A stretch of 64,000 nt of DNA from a virus. The notes beneath the pieces were generated by a model. It was not told the DNA's origin. It was given only the letters and a program-made list of their open reading frames with translations, and ran no database searches. The position numbers and the translations under genes were made by a program. Positions 1 to 9,329 of this stretch are shown piece by piece (position 1 is the first letter of the stretch; each line of letters starts with the position of its first letter). The stretch covers positions 30,375 through 94,374 of the IMG/VR virus record IMGVR_UViG_3300043313_001220; one strand, written 5' to 3'.

Positions 1-548
1 TCGGTGTACTGGATGCCGGTCTGGCGGGTGATCGGGTTGCGCGGGAACGACTGGAGGATGCCGGACGGCTCCAGGACCGCCTCGATCTTCTTCGTGTCCG
101 CGCTGCGCTGGCCGACAAACAGCTTGTCCTCCAGCACGACGATGTGCTCGGCGATGAACGACAGCGTCCCCTTCTTGGTCGCGCCGTAACGCGCCGGGAG
201 GTTGTCGACGGCGCGGGCGACCGACGCGGCCTCCTTCAGAGCGGCCTTCAGATGACGGCCTTCGATGTACAGGCCGTCCTGCGGGTCGCGCTTGAAGCCG
301 TTCAGGTGGCGACGCTTGTCGACCTCCTTCAGCGCCTCATCCTCAGTGACACCGCGGGCGGCCATGACCTCGGCGACCGCCTGGGCGATGATGTCCTCCT
401 TGTCGAGGCCCATCTTGCTCTTCAGCCAGCCCTCGGCGACCTTCGGGTCGGACGGGGTGCCGCCCATCAGTCGCTCGATCTGGATCTCTCCGGCGAACCG
501 GAACGGGTAGACCCGGTTGATGTCAGCGGCGAACACATTCTTGGCCAT
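1..548 (-). CDS. Cas7/RAMP-like protein (partial, runs off left edge; absent from ORF track)
   Basis: Hand translation from ATG at 548: MAKNVFAADINRVYPFRFAGEIQIERLMGGTPSDPKVAEGWLKSK...HLNGFKRDPQDGLYIEGRHLKAALKEAASVAR...FIAEHIVVLEDKLFVG...TGIQYTE. FKRD..DGLYIEGRHLKAALKEAA resembles the Cas7/RAMP 'g.p.Ip.ss.KG.lR' strand-helix motif. RBS-like GAGAGGG and a strong promoter upstream. Confidence 0.7.
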   Translation of the reverse strand, partial: MAKNVFAADINRVYPFRFAGEIQIERLMGGTPSDPKVAEGWLKSKMGLDKEDIIAQAVAEVMAARGVTEDEALKEVDKRRHLNGFKRDPQDGLYIEGRHLKAALKEAASVARAVDNLPARYGATKKGTLSFIAEHIVVLEDKLFVGQRSADTKKIEAVLEPSGILQSFPRNPITRQTGIQYT

Positions 549-591
549 CTGTGGCCCTCTCTGTGGTGTGGGTGGTGCGGTGTGCCCCAGA

Positions 592-620
592 AGCATATCC
601 CGTGGCACATGGGGTGTCAA
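592..620 (-). promoter_or_regulatory. Sigma70/HrdB-type promoter for the Cas7-like gene with overlapping operator
   Basis: Minus strand TTGACA-N17-TATGCT; plus strand TGGCAC-N5-GTGTCA palindrome at 603-619. Confidence 0.8.
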
Positions 621-1480
621 GCAGTGTGTTGGTGGAGCCCAGCTCGGGCTAGCTGGCGCGGGTCGCCAACCCGCCAACGTGCGATCCGGCAGTAGTCGGC
701 GGACAGGTCGACCGAGATGCCGACACGTCCGAGGGCTTTCGCAGCCAGAGCTGTTGTGCCGCCCCCCCCCATCGGGTCCAGCACTACGCCGCCGGGCGGG
801 CACCAGCCCTCAATGATGGCGAGCGGCCACTCCAACGGAAACGCTGAATGGTGCCGCACCCCGAGATACTCCGGCACGCGCAACGCCGCCGACTTGACCG
901 CATGTACCGACCGCATTCCGGGAATGGATCGATCGGCCTTGCGGCTGGCATAATAATCGATTCGCTGGCTAAAGTGATACCAGGTCTCATGCGTGCGTGC
1001 CGCCCGGTCCCTGGCCGGATCGGGAACCGCGTTCGGCTTATCCCAGATCACCTCCGCCCGCAAGGTTAATCTGAGATCATCCACACATGCGATGGCGTAG
1101 CGCTGGGGCAGCTGGAGCAGGCTTTTAGGACTGCCGGTCGGTACGCACCGGTTGTTGTGGCCGATGCCCTGCTTGCTGTTTGTGCCCGAGATAGTGGTGC
1201 GCGTACCGCGGCCGTATTTGTCGCCCAGATTGACCCACAATGACCCGCGCGGTTTGAGTACCCGCAGCCACTCCCGCGTGCACCGGACCAGGCTGTCAAC
1301 ATATTCGCCGGGGGTGGGCTCGGCCCCGACCTGGCCTTCGTAGACCTCGCCGCCATCCTCATAAGCGCGCAGCGACCAATATGGCGGGCTGGTGATGATC
1401 AAATCCACCGAGCCGGTGGTCAGGGGCAACGCACCCGCGTCACCCCTGACCACCAACGCCGATCCGGTCAACGGGCGCAC
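617..1480 (-). CDS. DNA methyltransferase, N6_N4_Mtase beta class (SPPY suggests N4-cytosine)
   Basis: IITSPPY catalytic motif; VLDPMGGGGTT SAM-binding motif; H.AFP motif. Confidence 0.92.
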   Translation of the reverse strand: MRPLTGSALVVRGDAGALPLTTGSVDLIITSPPYWSLRAYEDGGEVYEGQVGAEPTPGEYVDSLVRCTREWLRVLKPRGSLWVNLGDKYGRGTRTTISGTNSKQGIGHNNRCVPTGSPKSLLQLPQRYAIACVDDLRLTLRAEVIWDKPNAVPDPARDRAARTHETWYHFSQRIDYYASRKADRSIPGMRSVHAVKSAALRVPEYLGVRHHSAFPLEWPLAIIEGWCPPGGVVLDPMGGGGTTALAAKALGRVGISVDLSADYCRIARWRVGDPRQLARAGLHQHTA

Positions 1481-1716
1481 TCCACGATCTCGACGATCCG
1501 CCAGAAGGTGCCGAAGCCGTGCTCGGCACCCTCCCGCAGCCCCCCGTTGGCCAGGTCCTCGAACACGCTGGCCATCGTATGGGCGTCGACCAGGTGGTTG
1601 TGCTGGGTGTTGCCCTTCTCGGCGAACATGAACTCGCCTTTCGTCACCCGGGTCATCTCGTAGCCGTCACACGGCACGACCTTGACCCGCAGCTTGAAAC
1701 CGGCATGGTCAGCCAC
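1468..1716 (-). CDS. hypothetical protein
   Basis: GTG start with GGAGG RBS; VADHAGFKLRVKVV...; overlaps neighbours as in an operon. Confidence 0.6.
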   Translation of the reverse strand: MADHAGFKLRVKVVPCDGYEMTRVTKGEFMFAEKGNTQHNHLVDAHTMASVFEDLANGGLREGAEHGFGTFWRIVEIVECAR

Positions 1717-2101
1717 CAACGACCTCCTTCGGATGGGGCCACATGTGCGGCAGACCGCAGCCTTCGCACTGCGGCGCGCTGCTCGGGCATCCCGGCTCCA
1801 GCCGGGCCATCTCCTCGACCGTCCAGACCCGCGGGCAGGGGTCGCACAGGTCCTCGCCCTGACAGCCCCAGTAGAACCGGGTCCGGTCGAGCGACACCAA
1901 TATGGGTGCCCCGGCATGCCACAGATCCTCCCAACACAACCAGCCGTCACGGTCGATGTTGAACCAGTTCCAGTTCATCGACGACGGGACGTTGAACCAC
2001 CGCTGGTCGCCGAGCAGGACGACCGAGAACGGCGGGGGTGGCCGTGGCACGACGATCGGGCAGGGGTCCAGACCGCAGATCTTGCAGCCCCGGCCTACCA
2101 C
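1709..2101 (-). CDS. Cys/Trp-rich hypothetical protein
   Basis: 130 aa ORF coupled to neighbours; several CxxC. Confidence 0.55.
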   Translation of the reverse strand: MVGRGCKICGLDPCPIVVPRPPPPFSVVLLGDQRWFNVPSSMNWNWFNIDRDGWLCWEDLWHAGAPILVSLDRTRFYWGCQGEDLCDPCPRVWTVEEMARLEPGCPSSAPQCEGCGLPHMWPHPKEVVGG

Positions 2102-2901
2102 AGCGGTTCCGGCACCGGCTCGGGCTCAGGTGCTGCCGCTGGGCGCGGAATGACCGGCCACTCTGGGCGGCAATCCTCGGCCCGCGCCAAAGTCTCCTGA
2201 CGCTTCTGCGGGTCGGTCTCCTTGGCCGCCTCCCCGCGCAGCCACGAAGCGAAGGACTTCTGCTGCTTCGCCCGCCAACGAACCTGCTCGTCGTGGAGGT
2301 CATCCAGTTTCATCTCGGCGATCTTTGGATACTTCTTGCAGATCGCCCAGGCGACCCGGCCGGCAGCCAAAGCGTCGACCGTCGAGTCGTGGGCGTTCTG
2401 GCCGATCTCCACTCTGTAATACTCGCACAACGCCCCGAGGTTGCGCTTGCCTTTACGCCGGTCCAGTTCTTTATCTAAGATGAACACATCAACGACTGGC
2501 CGGACGCCATTCGGCAGGCGGTCGCCCAGCGTCTTGATCCCATGTCGCTCGCTCTCGTGGTGCAGCAGAGATAGGTCGTAGCCACCATTCATCGTGACCA
2601 CCGGCACGCCCTGCCCCATGAAGGTCGCCAACATGGAGGTGAACTGTTCGATCACCTCCGGCGCGGGCTTGCCATGTTCGCGGGCGCGCTCGGTCGTAAT
2701 GCCATGCACCGCCGACGCGCCAGCGGGGATCTCAATTCCCGGGTCTGCCATCCACTCGTAGACCTTCGGCAGCCGGGAGCCGCCTTCTGGTGGCCGGGGT
2801 GGGACCAGTATCACGCAGGCGGTGACGATGCGATCGTTGAACACATCAACGCCGGTCGTCTCTGTGTCCATAAGGGCGAGATGCCCGTCATACCAGCTCA
2901 T
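2095..2901 (-). CDS. DnaQ-like DEDDh 3'-5' exonuclease
   Basis: MSWYDGHLALMDTETTG (ExoI), VHGIT, NGGYDLSLL (ExoII), AHDSTVDA (ExoIII). Confidence 0.92.
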   Translation of the reverse strand: MSWYDGHLALMDTETTGVDVFNDRIVTACVILVPPRPPEGGSRLPKVYEWMADPGIEIPAGASAVHGITTERAREHGKPAPEVIEQFTSMLATFMGQGVPVVTMNGGYDLSLLHHESERHGIKTLGDRLPNGVRPVVDVFILDKELDRRKGKRNLGALCEYYRVEIGQNAHDSTVDALAAGRVAWAICKKYPKIAEMKLDDLHDEQVRWRAKQQKSFASWLRGEAAKETDPQKRQETLARAEDCRPEWPVIPRPAAAPEPEPVPEPLW

Positions 2902-3502
2902 GCTGACGCTCCCGCTTCCTTTTCGTGTGGCTTTTGATGTCGTCACGCCCACACGCTCGACAGACGCGGTGACCGCGATAGATCCTCGTGTTCGTCTCAT
3001 TCCAGGGGTGCCCCCTGGCGCAGTGCCCCTTGCGACGCCTGTTGCTAACTTGCACGCTGGCCGTAGCCCAGCGGCAGTTGTTGGGGCCATATCCGAGATC
3101 GTTGTTGATCCGGTCCAGCGACAGGTGGGGTGCGGGCCGCCGCCCCATGTCCACCAGGAAGGCCGAGAACCGCCCCCACCGGAGGCACACCGATATGCCG
3201 CGCCCCCCGTAGTTGTGGTAGTTCTTGTTCGTTGGGTTGGTACAGCGGTCCAGCATGGACCACCACGCGCGGTATTCGGGTGTTCCCCACATGCCGGCAC
3301 GCGAGCCACGTTCGATAGCCAGCTCGTCATGCAGACACCCGCACGATTGTGTCACCCCCCAGCTACGACACAGAAGTAGACGCTCGGCCCCACAGTCGCA
3401 TCGACACGCAATGCGGGGCTCATCGTTGTAGCGCGGTTTGGTCACCACCAAGCGACCAAACCGCACTCCCACCTCGTGAGTGACCACGACCCCTCGACTC
3501 AT
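2888..3502 (-). CDS. HNH homing endonuclease
   Basis: EYRAWWSMLDRC...YGGRGISVC.RW..F...DMG...SLDRINND.GY.PNNCRWAT. Confidence 0.88.
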   Translation of the reverse strand: MSRGVVVTHEVGVRFGRLVVTKPRYNDEPRIACRCDCGAERLLLCRSWGVTQSCGCLHDELAIERGSRAGMWGTPEYRAWWSMLDRCTNPTNKNYHNYGGRGISVCLRWGRFSAFLVDMGRRPAPHLSLDRINNDLGYGPNNCRWATASVQVSNRRRKGHCARGHPWNETNTRIYRGHRVCRACGRDDIKSHTKRKRERQHELV

Positions 3503-4845
3503 CGCAGTTTGGCCGCCAATGCCTGCATCTGTGCGACGGTGGCCAGCTGCCGGTCGACCCTGAACTCTTCGTGCAGCATCCGGTCGATGTCGGCGGTTTT
3601 AAGCTTTTTCATCCCCGCCGCCCCAAGCAGCTGCATCATCGCATCCTTGCGCGCCTGTGGGTCGTCGGTGGCCGCGATCTGCTCCTCCGGCTCACCGTCC
3701 TCCCACGGCGCGCTGACCGCCGGCAGGGTCGTCGACGCCTCTGGAGTGGCCTCCGGGTCAGCGGGAGGGTCGAGCAGGGCCTCGGATTCCCCCGGGTCCT
3801 CCTGCCAAGCTTCCTGGACATCCAGGCGGGCGTCACGGGCCTTCTTCGTATCGATCCGGGCCTGCGCCCGCTGGGCCTCCGACTCCTGCGTGCGCTGGGC
3901 GGTCAGCACCTGCTGGCGGGCCTGCCAGGCGTCGATCAGCTGCTGGTGGTCGCCGGTCTCCTTGATCCTCTTGCGGATCCCAGCCATCTCCGCGTTGGTC
4001 GTGGCCTTCGCGATCGCCTCCAGCGCCTTCGGGATGTTGGGGGCGGGAGGCACGGGGGGCACGGGGGGCACGGGAGGCACGGGAGGCACGGTGGCCGGAG
4101 CCGCCTCGATTGCCGTGGCGCGGGAGGGTTCGATGGCCGCCCGCATGGCAGCAGCCTGCTGGTCGCGGCCAAGCTGCAACACGGTGCTGACCGCGTCTGA
4201 GCCGACCTGCACCGTTCGGGAGGTCACCCCGTCTAACAACAGGATCGGCACGTTGTAATCTTTGGTGACCACTTTTCTCTCTTTGCGGTCGTATTGGCGG
4301 GACTCGCGGTTCTCCAGCAACAAGCGGGCGGGCAACGGCATGCGGATGCCCGCGATCATGTCGAACAGCTGGACCATCTCGCCGGCCGCATAATACCCAT
4401 GGGTCTCAAGCCCCCACACACCCAGGCCCGGCACGTCGGCCAAAAGCAAATCGACCCGGGTGGTCGGCTTACATCTCCGAGTTTCCGGGTCGCAGTCACA
4501 AGTGTCCCCATAGATCTGGTCCTGAACGCCGTCACAGCGGCGGCTGCACACGCCACCCGACCACAGCTCGTATGTCGGGTCAACAATCTGGGGAGGGATG
4601 AAGACTGGAATCAGCGCCGCATCGGTCACCACCTGCCACTGCTTGCCCCGGGGGGCGTCCGCCCATACCTCCATCTCTCCACCGTAGAGCGCTGCCACCT
4701 CTTCCACGAGGTGCTGGGCCGCACTTGTAAAGCGCAGAGTATCCAACCGGCTGGGCCGTTCCTTGCCCGAGCTGGTCTTGACCTTGCGGCCCAGCCGGAT
4801 GCGGCCCACCCGTACTGAGCGGATCTGGAGGTCTCGAATGGCCAT
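3499..4845 (-). CDS. recombination directionality factor-like (Gp3/RDF-like) recombination protein
   Basis: MAIRDLQ...VGRIRLG...PSRLDTLRFTS...CSRRCDG...CDC....CKPTTRV...GVWGLETHGYYAAGE pattern typical of actinophage RDF-like proteins; low-complexity C-terminus. Confidence 0.75.
   Translation of the reverse strand: MAIRDLQIRSVRVGRIRLGRKVKTSSGKERPSRLDTLRFTSAAQHLVEEVAALYGGEMEVWADAPRGKQWQVVTDAALIPVFIPPQIVDPTYELWSGGVCSRRCDGVQDQIYGDTCDCDPETRRCKPTTRVDLLLADVPGLGVWGLETHGYYAAGEMVQLFDMIAGIRMPLPARLLLENRESRQYDRKERKVVTKDYNVPILLLDGVTSRTVQVGSDAVSTVLQLGRDQQAAAMRAAIEPSRATAIEAAPATVPPVPPVPPVPPVPPAPNIPKALEAIAKATTNAEMAGIRKRIKETGDHQQLIDAWQARQQVLTAQRTQESEAQRAQARIDTKKARDARLDVQEAWQEDPGESEALLDPPADPEATPEASTTLPAVSAPWEDGEPEEQIAATDDPQARKDAMMQLLGAAGMKKLKTADIDRMLHEEFRVDRQLATVAQMQALAAKLR
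4045..4092 (-). repeat. 9-bp coding tandem repeat (PVPPVPPVPPVPP linker)
   Basis: GGCACGGG(G/A) repeated about 4 times. Confidence 0.8.
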
Positions 4846-5383
4846 CCCATTGCTCCTTCTTCTCGGTGTAGTCAATGAAGCGCTCCCGGTGGCGCTCAAA
4901 GCGCCCCAGGAGCCGATTGCAAGGTGTGCACAGGACGCCCCTGACGCACTTACCGCACGTGCGCTTACCCGGACAGCAGCTGTGATCGTGGTCGACCGGG
5001 AATCGCGGGGCCCCGGGTTCCCCGCTCGACATCTCGCCACAGATCGCACAGCCGCCACCCTGCGCGGCCAGCAACGCATCGTAGTCCTCGGGGGTCAGGC
5101 CATATCGCCTCAGTGTGATCCGCCGGCTGAGGGCCACCCGACGCTCTTGGTTCGTAATAGCCCACGCGCGCTGAGTGGCCGCCCTGCGCTCCGGGTTCGC
5201 GGCCCTCCATGCGCGGTTGGTGGCCGCTACGCGCTCCAGATTTGCGGTTGCCCATGCGCGGTGGGTGGCTGCGCGACATGCCCTACATTGGGACTCCAGC
5301 CCGTCCCGACCGGTCTTGCGCTTGGAAAACCCCCCGAGCCCCTTCGTCTCCCCGCACTTGCTACAGCGTTTCGTCTCTTCCAT
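4580..5383 (-). CDS. endonuclease VII-family HNH nuclease with N-terminal Zn finger
   Basis: KRCSKCGE...CRAC; YGLTPEDYDALLAAQGGGCAICG...VDHDH...VRGVLCTPCNRLLG. Confidence 0.88.
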   Translation of the reverse strand: MEETKRCSKCGETKGLGGFSKRKTGRDGLESQCRACRAATHRAWATANLERVAATNRAWRAANPERRAATQRAWAITNQERRVALSRRITLRRYGLTPEDYDALLAAQGGGCAICGEMSSGEPGAPRFPVDHDHSCCPGKRTCGKCVRGVLCTPCNRLLGRFERHRERFIDYTEKKEQWDGHSRPPDPLSTGGPHPAGPQGQDQLGQGTAQPVGYSALYKCGPAPRGRGGSALRWRDGGMGGRPPGQAVAGGDRCGADSSLHPSPDC

Positions 5384-5391
5384 CTTTCACC

Positions 5392-5757
5392 TCCTGGGGG
5401 GTCGTCGTGTGGAACGGGCCGGTTAGTCGTGTGGTCTGGGCCGGTGTCTGACGGCCTCGGAATGTCGGCGGGATTGGACGGTACTGGGTGGGCAAGTCGG
5501 GCGGCGTACGGGTTGGCAAGTCGATAAGAACGGATTCGCAGGGTCGTGCGGGCTGGGCGGACTTGTCCGGGGCTGGCATGTCGGCGCGGGAGGGGGGAGG
5601 GGGGGAATGTCGGGCTGTGCGGGTTCGCGGGCGGATGGCCGGGAATGTCGTACGGGCGGGCTGGGATTGCGACGGAGGGGCAAGTCGGTGCGGCGGGGTG
5701 TGGATGGGGAAGTCGGGTTGGGACGCACCGGTGGGGTTCGGGTTGTCGGGTTGGTCA
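5392..5757 (-). repeat. Non-coding pentamer-periodic array (CGAC anchor + NNNCC pentamers), about 13 units
   Basis: Minus strand reads TGAC..CGAC aaccc gaacc ccacc ggtgc gtccc aacc CGAC ttccc catcc acacc ccgcc gcac CGAC ttgcc cctcc gtcgc aatcc cagcc cgccc gta CGAC attcc...; fills the whole intergenic gap. Confidence 0.85.
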
Positions 5758-6123
5758 GCGCGTCGGCGGTTTGGTGAACGAACCGGAGATGTTAATCCCG
5801 TCCGCCAGGGCATCCAACAACAGGGTGAGTTTCAAGCTCGCGGCCATTCCCGCGTACATCGTGGCCCGGCGCTCGACGATGTTGATGCCGGCATTGTACT
5901 CTTTGAGCTTCGGGTCGTCACCGGCCCAGGAATAGGCGACCGATGCGGGGTCGACGGTCAGGTAGGGGGTGGCCTCGCCCTGCTGTGCGGCCTTCAGCTC
6001 GATCTGCTCAGTGCGCCGTCTGCTCCGCTCCCGGAGCTTGACCGACTCCTGCTCGTAGTGTGTGGCCAGCCGATCATATTCGACAGCCCACATCCGGGTG
6101 TCGTCGCGATCTGCGGGGGTCAT
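5755..6123 (-). CDS. hypothetical protein
   Basis: MTPADRDDTRMWAVEY... with GAGGAGG RBS. Confidence 0.65.
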   Translation of the reverse strand: MTPADRDDTRMWAVEYDRLATHYEQESVKLRERSRRRTEQIELKAAQQGEATPYLTVDPASVAYSWAGDDPKLKEYNAGINIVERRATMYAGMAASLKLTLLLDALADGINISGSFTKPPTR

Positions 6124-6196
6124 CTGGTCCTCCTCGGGGGGTACGTGGTGGGTGTTCTGACCATACCACGGGCCACACCACGTGGCAAGCAGCGTG

Positions 6197-7543
6197 TCAG
6201 AACGGCGGGCTGTCGTCCTGCCGACCAGCCGGAGCGCCCAACACCGACGCTGCGAGGGTGTCCACCCGCGTGCCAGACGGCGGGCTGCTGCGCAGCTTCT
6301 TGCCGACCGGCTTGCCATGTGTCTGCGCCAGCTCCGCCAACGCCGGGGCGACCCCACGCCCGACAGCCGCCGCAGCCCGTGCGCCACGCTCGGCGGCCGT
6401 GGGGGCATCCGGGGTCGGGGTGGCCGCCTCTAGTGCCTCCGTGGCCACGGGAGCGGCCTCCGCGACCCACTCCCCCGCCGCGACAGCAGCCGCCTCCAGT
6501 TGCTTGCGCTCCTTCGCCGCCCGCCGCTGGTCCGCCTGCCGCAGCTTCGTCACCGACTCCGCGTACTTGAACGTGTTCGCCTCGATCGCCCGCTTGCCCC
6601 GTTCGAGGGCCCAGTCGTCCGCCCCGAGCAGGTTCAGGAACGACGCGAACTCCGGCTCCTCCGCCAGCACCAGGATGAACTGGGTCTTGTCCGGGCGGAT
6701 CTGGATGATCGCCGTCGCGTCAACCTGGAGCATCGGCAGCTCCGTGCCGTCCTTCAACACGATCCACTGCGCGAACCGGTAACCGGCCAACTGTAGCGGC
6801 ATGTCCATGAACACCGCCCGGTCGAGCTTCTCCCGGCTCTTGTAGTCCACCAGCACCAGCGCGTGCTGCACCCGCGGCTGGCCCTCCGCGGTCAACCGAT
6901 CCAAGATGTCATCGGTGGCCTTCGTCCGGCCACGACGCAGGTGGACCATCGCGTCGAGCGTCCCCGCATACATGTAGTCGCGGTTGATCACCCGCGCCTC
7001 GGTCATCTCCCAGTCCTCAGGCGTCAAGCCATACTCGACCACGAACGCCTTGAACGAATGGATGTAGACCGCGATGTCGTCCTCGGGAGTCTGCCAGACA
7101 CCCGTGCTCGCCCAGAAGCCGACCACGGCGTGCACCCGGGTGCCCTCGTCCGAGCGGCGTTTCGACTCCGCGTGATGCCGGTCGCGCATGTGCCGGACCA
7201 TGCACTGCTCACACTCGCGACAGCGGCAGTCCGGGCAGCGGAAATCCCAATCGTGCTCGATCGAACAGCGGGTGTGCCATGACCGGCCACACGCCGGGGT
7301 GACCAGCGCCGCGACCAGGCCGGGCAGGACCTCGAACGCCTCGCTGGCCGACAGCCCGGCGGCCCAGATCTTCAAGCCGTCCTTATCCCAACGGCTGGTC
7401 GCGGCGGTTACTGACCTGAACCGCTCCTCCCGGTCGGTGCCCGCGAACAGCAGGTAGAACCTGCCGTCGCCGTTGGCCTCGTCGCGGGCCAGGGCGTGAT
7501 CGAGTTCGATCTCCTGGCGGGTCCCTGTCACTGTCGCTGTCAC
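6197..7543 (-). CDS. PD-(D/E)XK exonuclease (RecE/Cas4-like)
   Basis: GTRVH, YAGTLDAMV, LVDYKS, LQLAGY motifs; Cys-rich insert. Confidence 0.85.
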   Translation of the reverse strand: MTATVTGTRQEIELDHALARDEANGDGRFYLLFAGTDREERFRSVTAATSRWDKDGLKIWAAGLSASEAFEVLPGLVAALVTPACGRSWHTRCSIEHDWDFRCPDCRCRECEQCMVRHMRDRHHAESKRRSDEGTRVHAVVGFWASTGVWQTPEDDIAVYIHSFKAFVVEYGLTPEDWEMTEARVINRDYMYAGTLDAMVHLRRGRTKATDDILDRLTAEGQPRVQHALVLVDYKSREKLDRAVFMDMPLQLAGYRFAQWIVLKDGTELPMLQVDATAIIQIRPDKTQFILVLAEEPEFASFLNLLGADDWALERGKRAIEANTFKYAESVTKLRQADQRRAAKERKQLEAAAVAAGEWVAEAAPVATEALEAATPTPDAPTAAERGARAAAAVGRGVAPALAELAQTHGKPVGKKLRSSPPSGTRVDTLAASVLGAPAGRQDDSPPF

Positions 7544-7839
7544 TCGGGGGTCTCCTTGTCGCGGTGGCGTCTCACTGTGTAGCGTCGCGGTGGCCGGTCC
7601 CATCCGTCCATGCTGATCTCAAACCCGATCACGCCCACGGCCGCCATCTCATAGCGCCGCTCGTAGCTGGCCTCGAACTCCTCGCAGAACGCGTCCCAAC
7701 CATCAGATTTGGCGACCATCCACGAAGGCAGATGGACGTACCAGCCCCGGGGTGGTCCGATAGCGTGCTGCCGCCTCATCTCATCGGCGGCGGAACGCAT
7801 GGCGTCCAAGATGCTGGGCACGGTCGGCTCGTCGCTCAT
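7540..7839 (-). CDS. hypothetical protein
   Basis: MSDEPTVPS..., translationally coupled. Confidence 0.55.
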   Translation of the reverse strand: MSDEPTVPSILDAMRSAADEMRRQHAIGPPRGWYVHLPSWMVAKSDGWDAFCEEFEASYERRYEMAAVGVIGFEISMDGWDRPPRRYTVRRHRDKETPE

Positions 7840-8250
7840 GGGCGTTCCGGGTCTCGATGTAGGTCGCACAGCCGTGCCGACTGGACGAGCGCGTCATCGT
7901 GCGCCCACTCGTACTGCTCCTGCGACAGGTAGGCGACCGGACAGCCCCGGCCGTCCTCGTGCCACACGATCCCCCGGTGTGGCTCGAAGGTGAACGACAG
8001 GTGCATCACCCGGGGGGCGTTGGCATGGTCGATCCGGTCGGCAAGCACGTGGCGAAGGAACCACCCGAGCCGGGACCGCCAAGACCGCCTGCGGTAGGCG
8101 AACCTGTCCCGCCTCACCGTGGCCGCCGATGCTTGACCTCGAACCGCCAGAACCGCCAATGGCCCCAGACGCGCCGATGTGTGGCACTGATCAGCGCAAA
8201 ACCGATCGCTAGGCCGCCATGCGCGCCGATCAGCGCGGCCTGCCACGTGC

Positions 8251-8478
8251 TCATCCTGCCTCCTCCTGTGGTATGCAGGCCCACCAGCCATCCAGCCACG
8301 CCACATCGACGCAAGCCGGACCGTGCGAGGGCCACGGACCGGGTGATCCTACCGGGAGCGGTGCCGGCTGTCCAGCCGGCGGGTCGCATGACGGGGGATG
8401 GCCAAGCAGCAGCAGAGAGGCCATGCCGCCCAGGGCGAACGTGACGAGCATCAATATCACGGTTTCAGCCTTCGACAT
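8251..8478 (-). CDS. small membrane/secreted protein
   Basis: MSKAETVILMLVTFALGGMASLLLL hydrophobic N-terminus. Confidence 0.55.
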   Translation of the reverse strand: MSKAETVILMLVTFALGGMASLLLLGHPPSCDPPAGQPAPLPVGSPGPWPSHGPACVDVAWLDGWWACIPQEEAG

Positions 8479-8480
8479 CG

Positions 8481-9329
8481 TCAGACCTCGCCCCGCAGCA
8501 TCGCATCCCGGTGAGCGCGGACCGCTTTGGTGCACGGGCCGTGCTCCCCGCGACGCCGGTCCCCGTACCGCTTCGACCCCTGGTCGGTCGAGTCGACCCA
8601 CCGTGCCGGCTGGCGGTCCGGGCCACGCCGCGGGTCGATCCCACAGGCCGGGCGGTCGCTGCCGCCGATGAACGCATGCAGCGCCTTGCCACCGGACACG
8701 TACCGCCAGCGTGGCATGTAGCGGCTGCGGGTGTGCTCGAACGCCCCGATGTTGTACGGGTCGTCCATCTCCACCATCGGCCCCGCCCGCCGCCAGGTCC
8801 CCCGGCGGGTCGGGGGGGGGGTCTCCAGGATCTCCTGTGGTATGTCGAGGCCCCGGGCGATGGTCTGCAGGGCCATCGCCCGCGCCAGCTCCTGCTGGTC
8901 GGTCAACGGGCGGGCCGCCGGCACGGGGAAGGGCTCGCTCAGCTCGTGCGCCAGCCCATAGCGGTCGGGGTCCAGACCCAGCTCGCGCAGGGCAGGGTCG
9001 AGGATCCGCGTCTTCAGGTCGGCTAGCCACGACTGCTCGGCAGAGGTGAGGAACATCCGACGCGGCTGCTCGGCAGTCACCGCGGCCCCCCCACGTCTGT
9101 AGTGGCCGCCGAACTCGTGGAGCCACTCCCCCGGGCGCACCCGGATCGGGTCGGCGTCGGAACCCTCGACGGTAAACAGCAGATCCACCACACCGGCAAG
9201 GTCCGGTTCGAGCCACCAGATCAGTCGGGGGGTGGCCGTCAGACCGGGGACCATGAACCGTCGGAACCCGGGCGAGTCGATGTCACGCGGGTTGCCGGTC
9301 CACTGCATGTTGCTGACCGGGATACTCAC
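8481..9329 (-). CDS. hypothetical protein
   Basis: Long ORF in coupled operon; start uncertain. Confidence 0.5.
   Translation of the reverse strand: MSIPVSNMQWTGNPRDIDSPGFRRFMVPGLTATPRLIWWLEPDLAGVVDLLFTVEGSDADPIRVRPGEWLHEFGGHYRRGGAAVTAEQPRRMFLTSAEQSWLADLKTRILDPALRELGLDPDRYGLAHELSEPFPVPAARPLTDQQELARAMALQTIARGLDIPQEILETPPPTRRGTWRRAGPMVEMDDPYNIGAFEHTRSRYMPRWRYVSGGKALHAFIGGSDRPACGIDPRRGPDRQPARWVDSTDQGSKRYGDRRRGEHGPCTKAVRAHRDAMLRGEV

Noticed and set aside
144-695. Plus-strand ORFs over 1-700
   Set aside because: Antisense shadows of the minus-strand Cas7-like gene, which has the promoter, the RBS and GC3-biased codons.
6197-7543. Cas4 adaptation nuclease linked to the arrays
   Set aside because: It sits with an RDF-like recombination gene as a typical phage exonuclease and there is no cas1/cas2. 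A role in array diversification cannot be supported from sequence.
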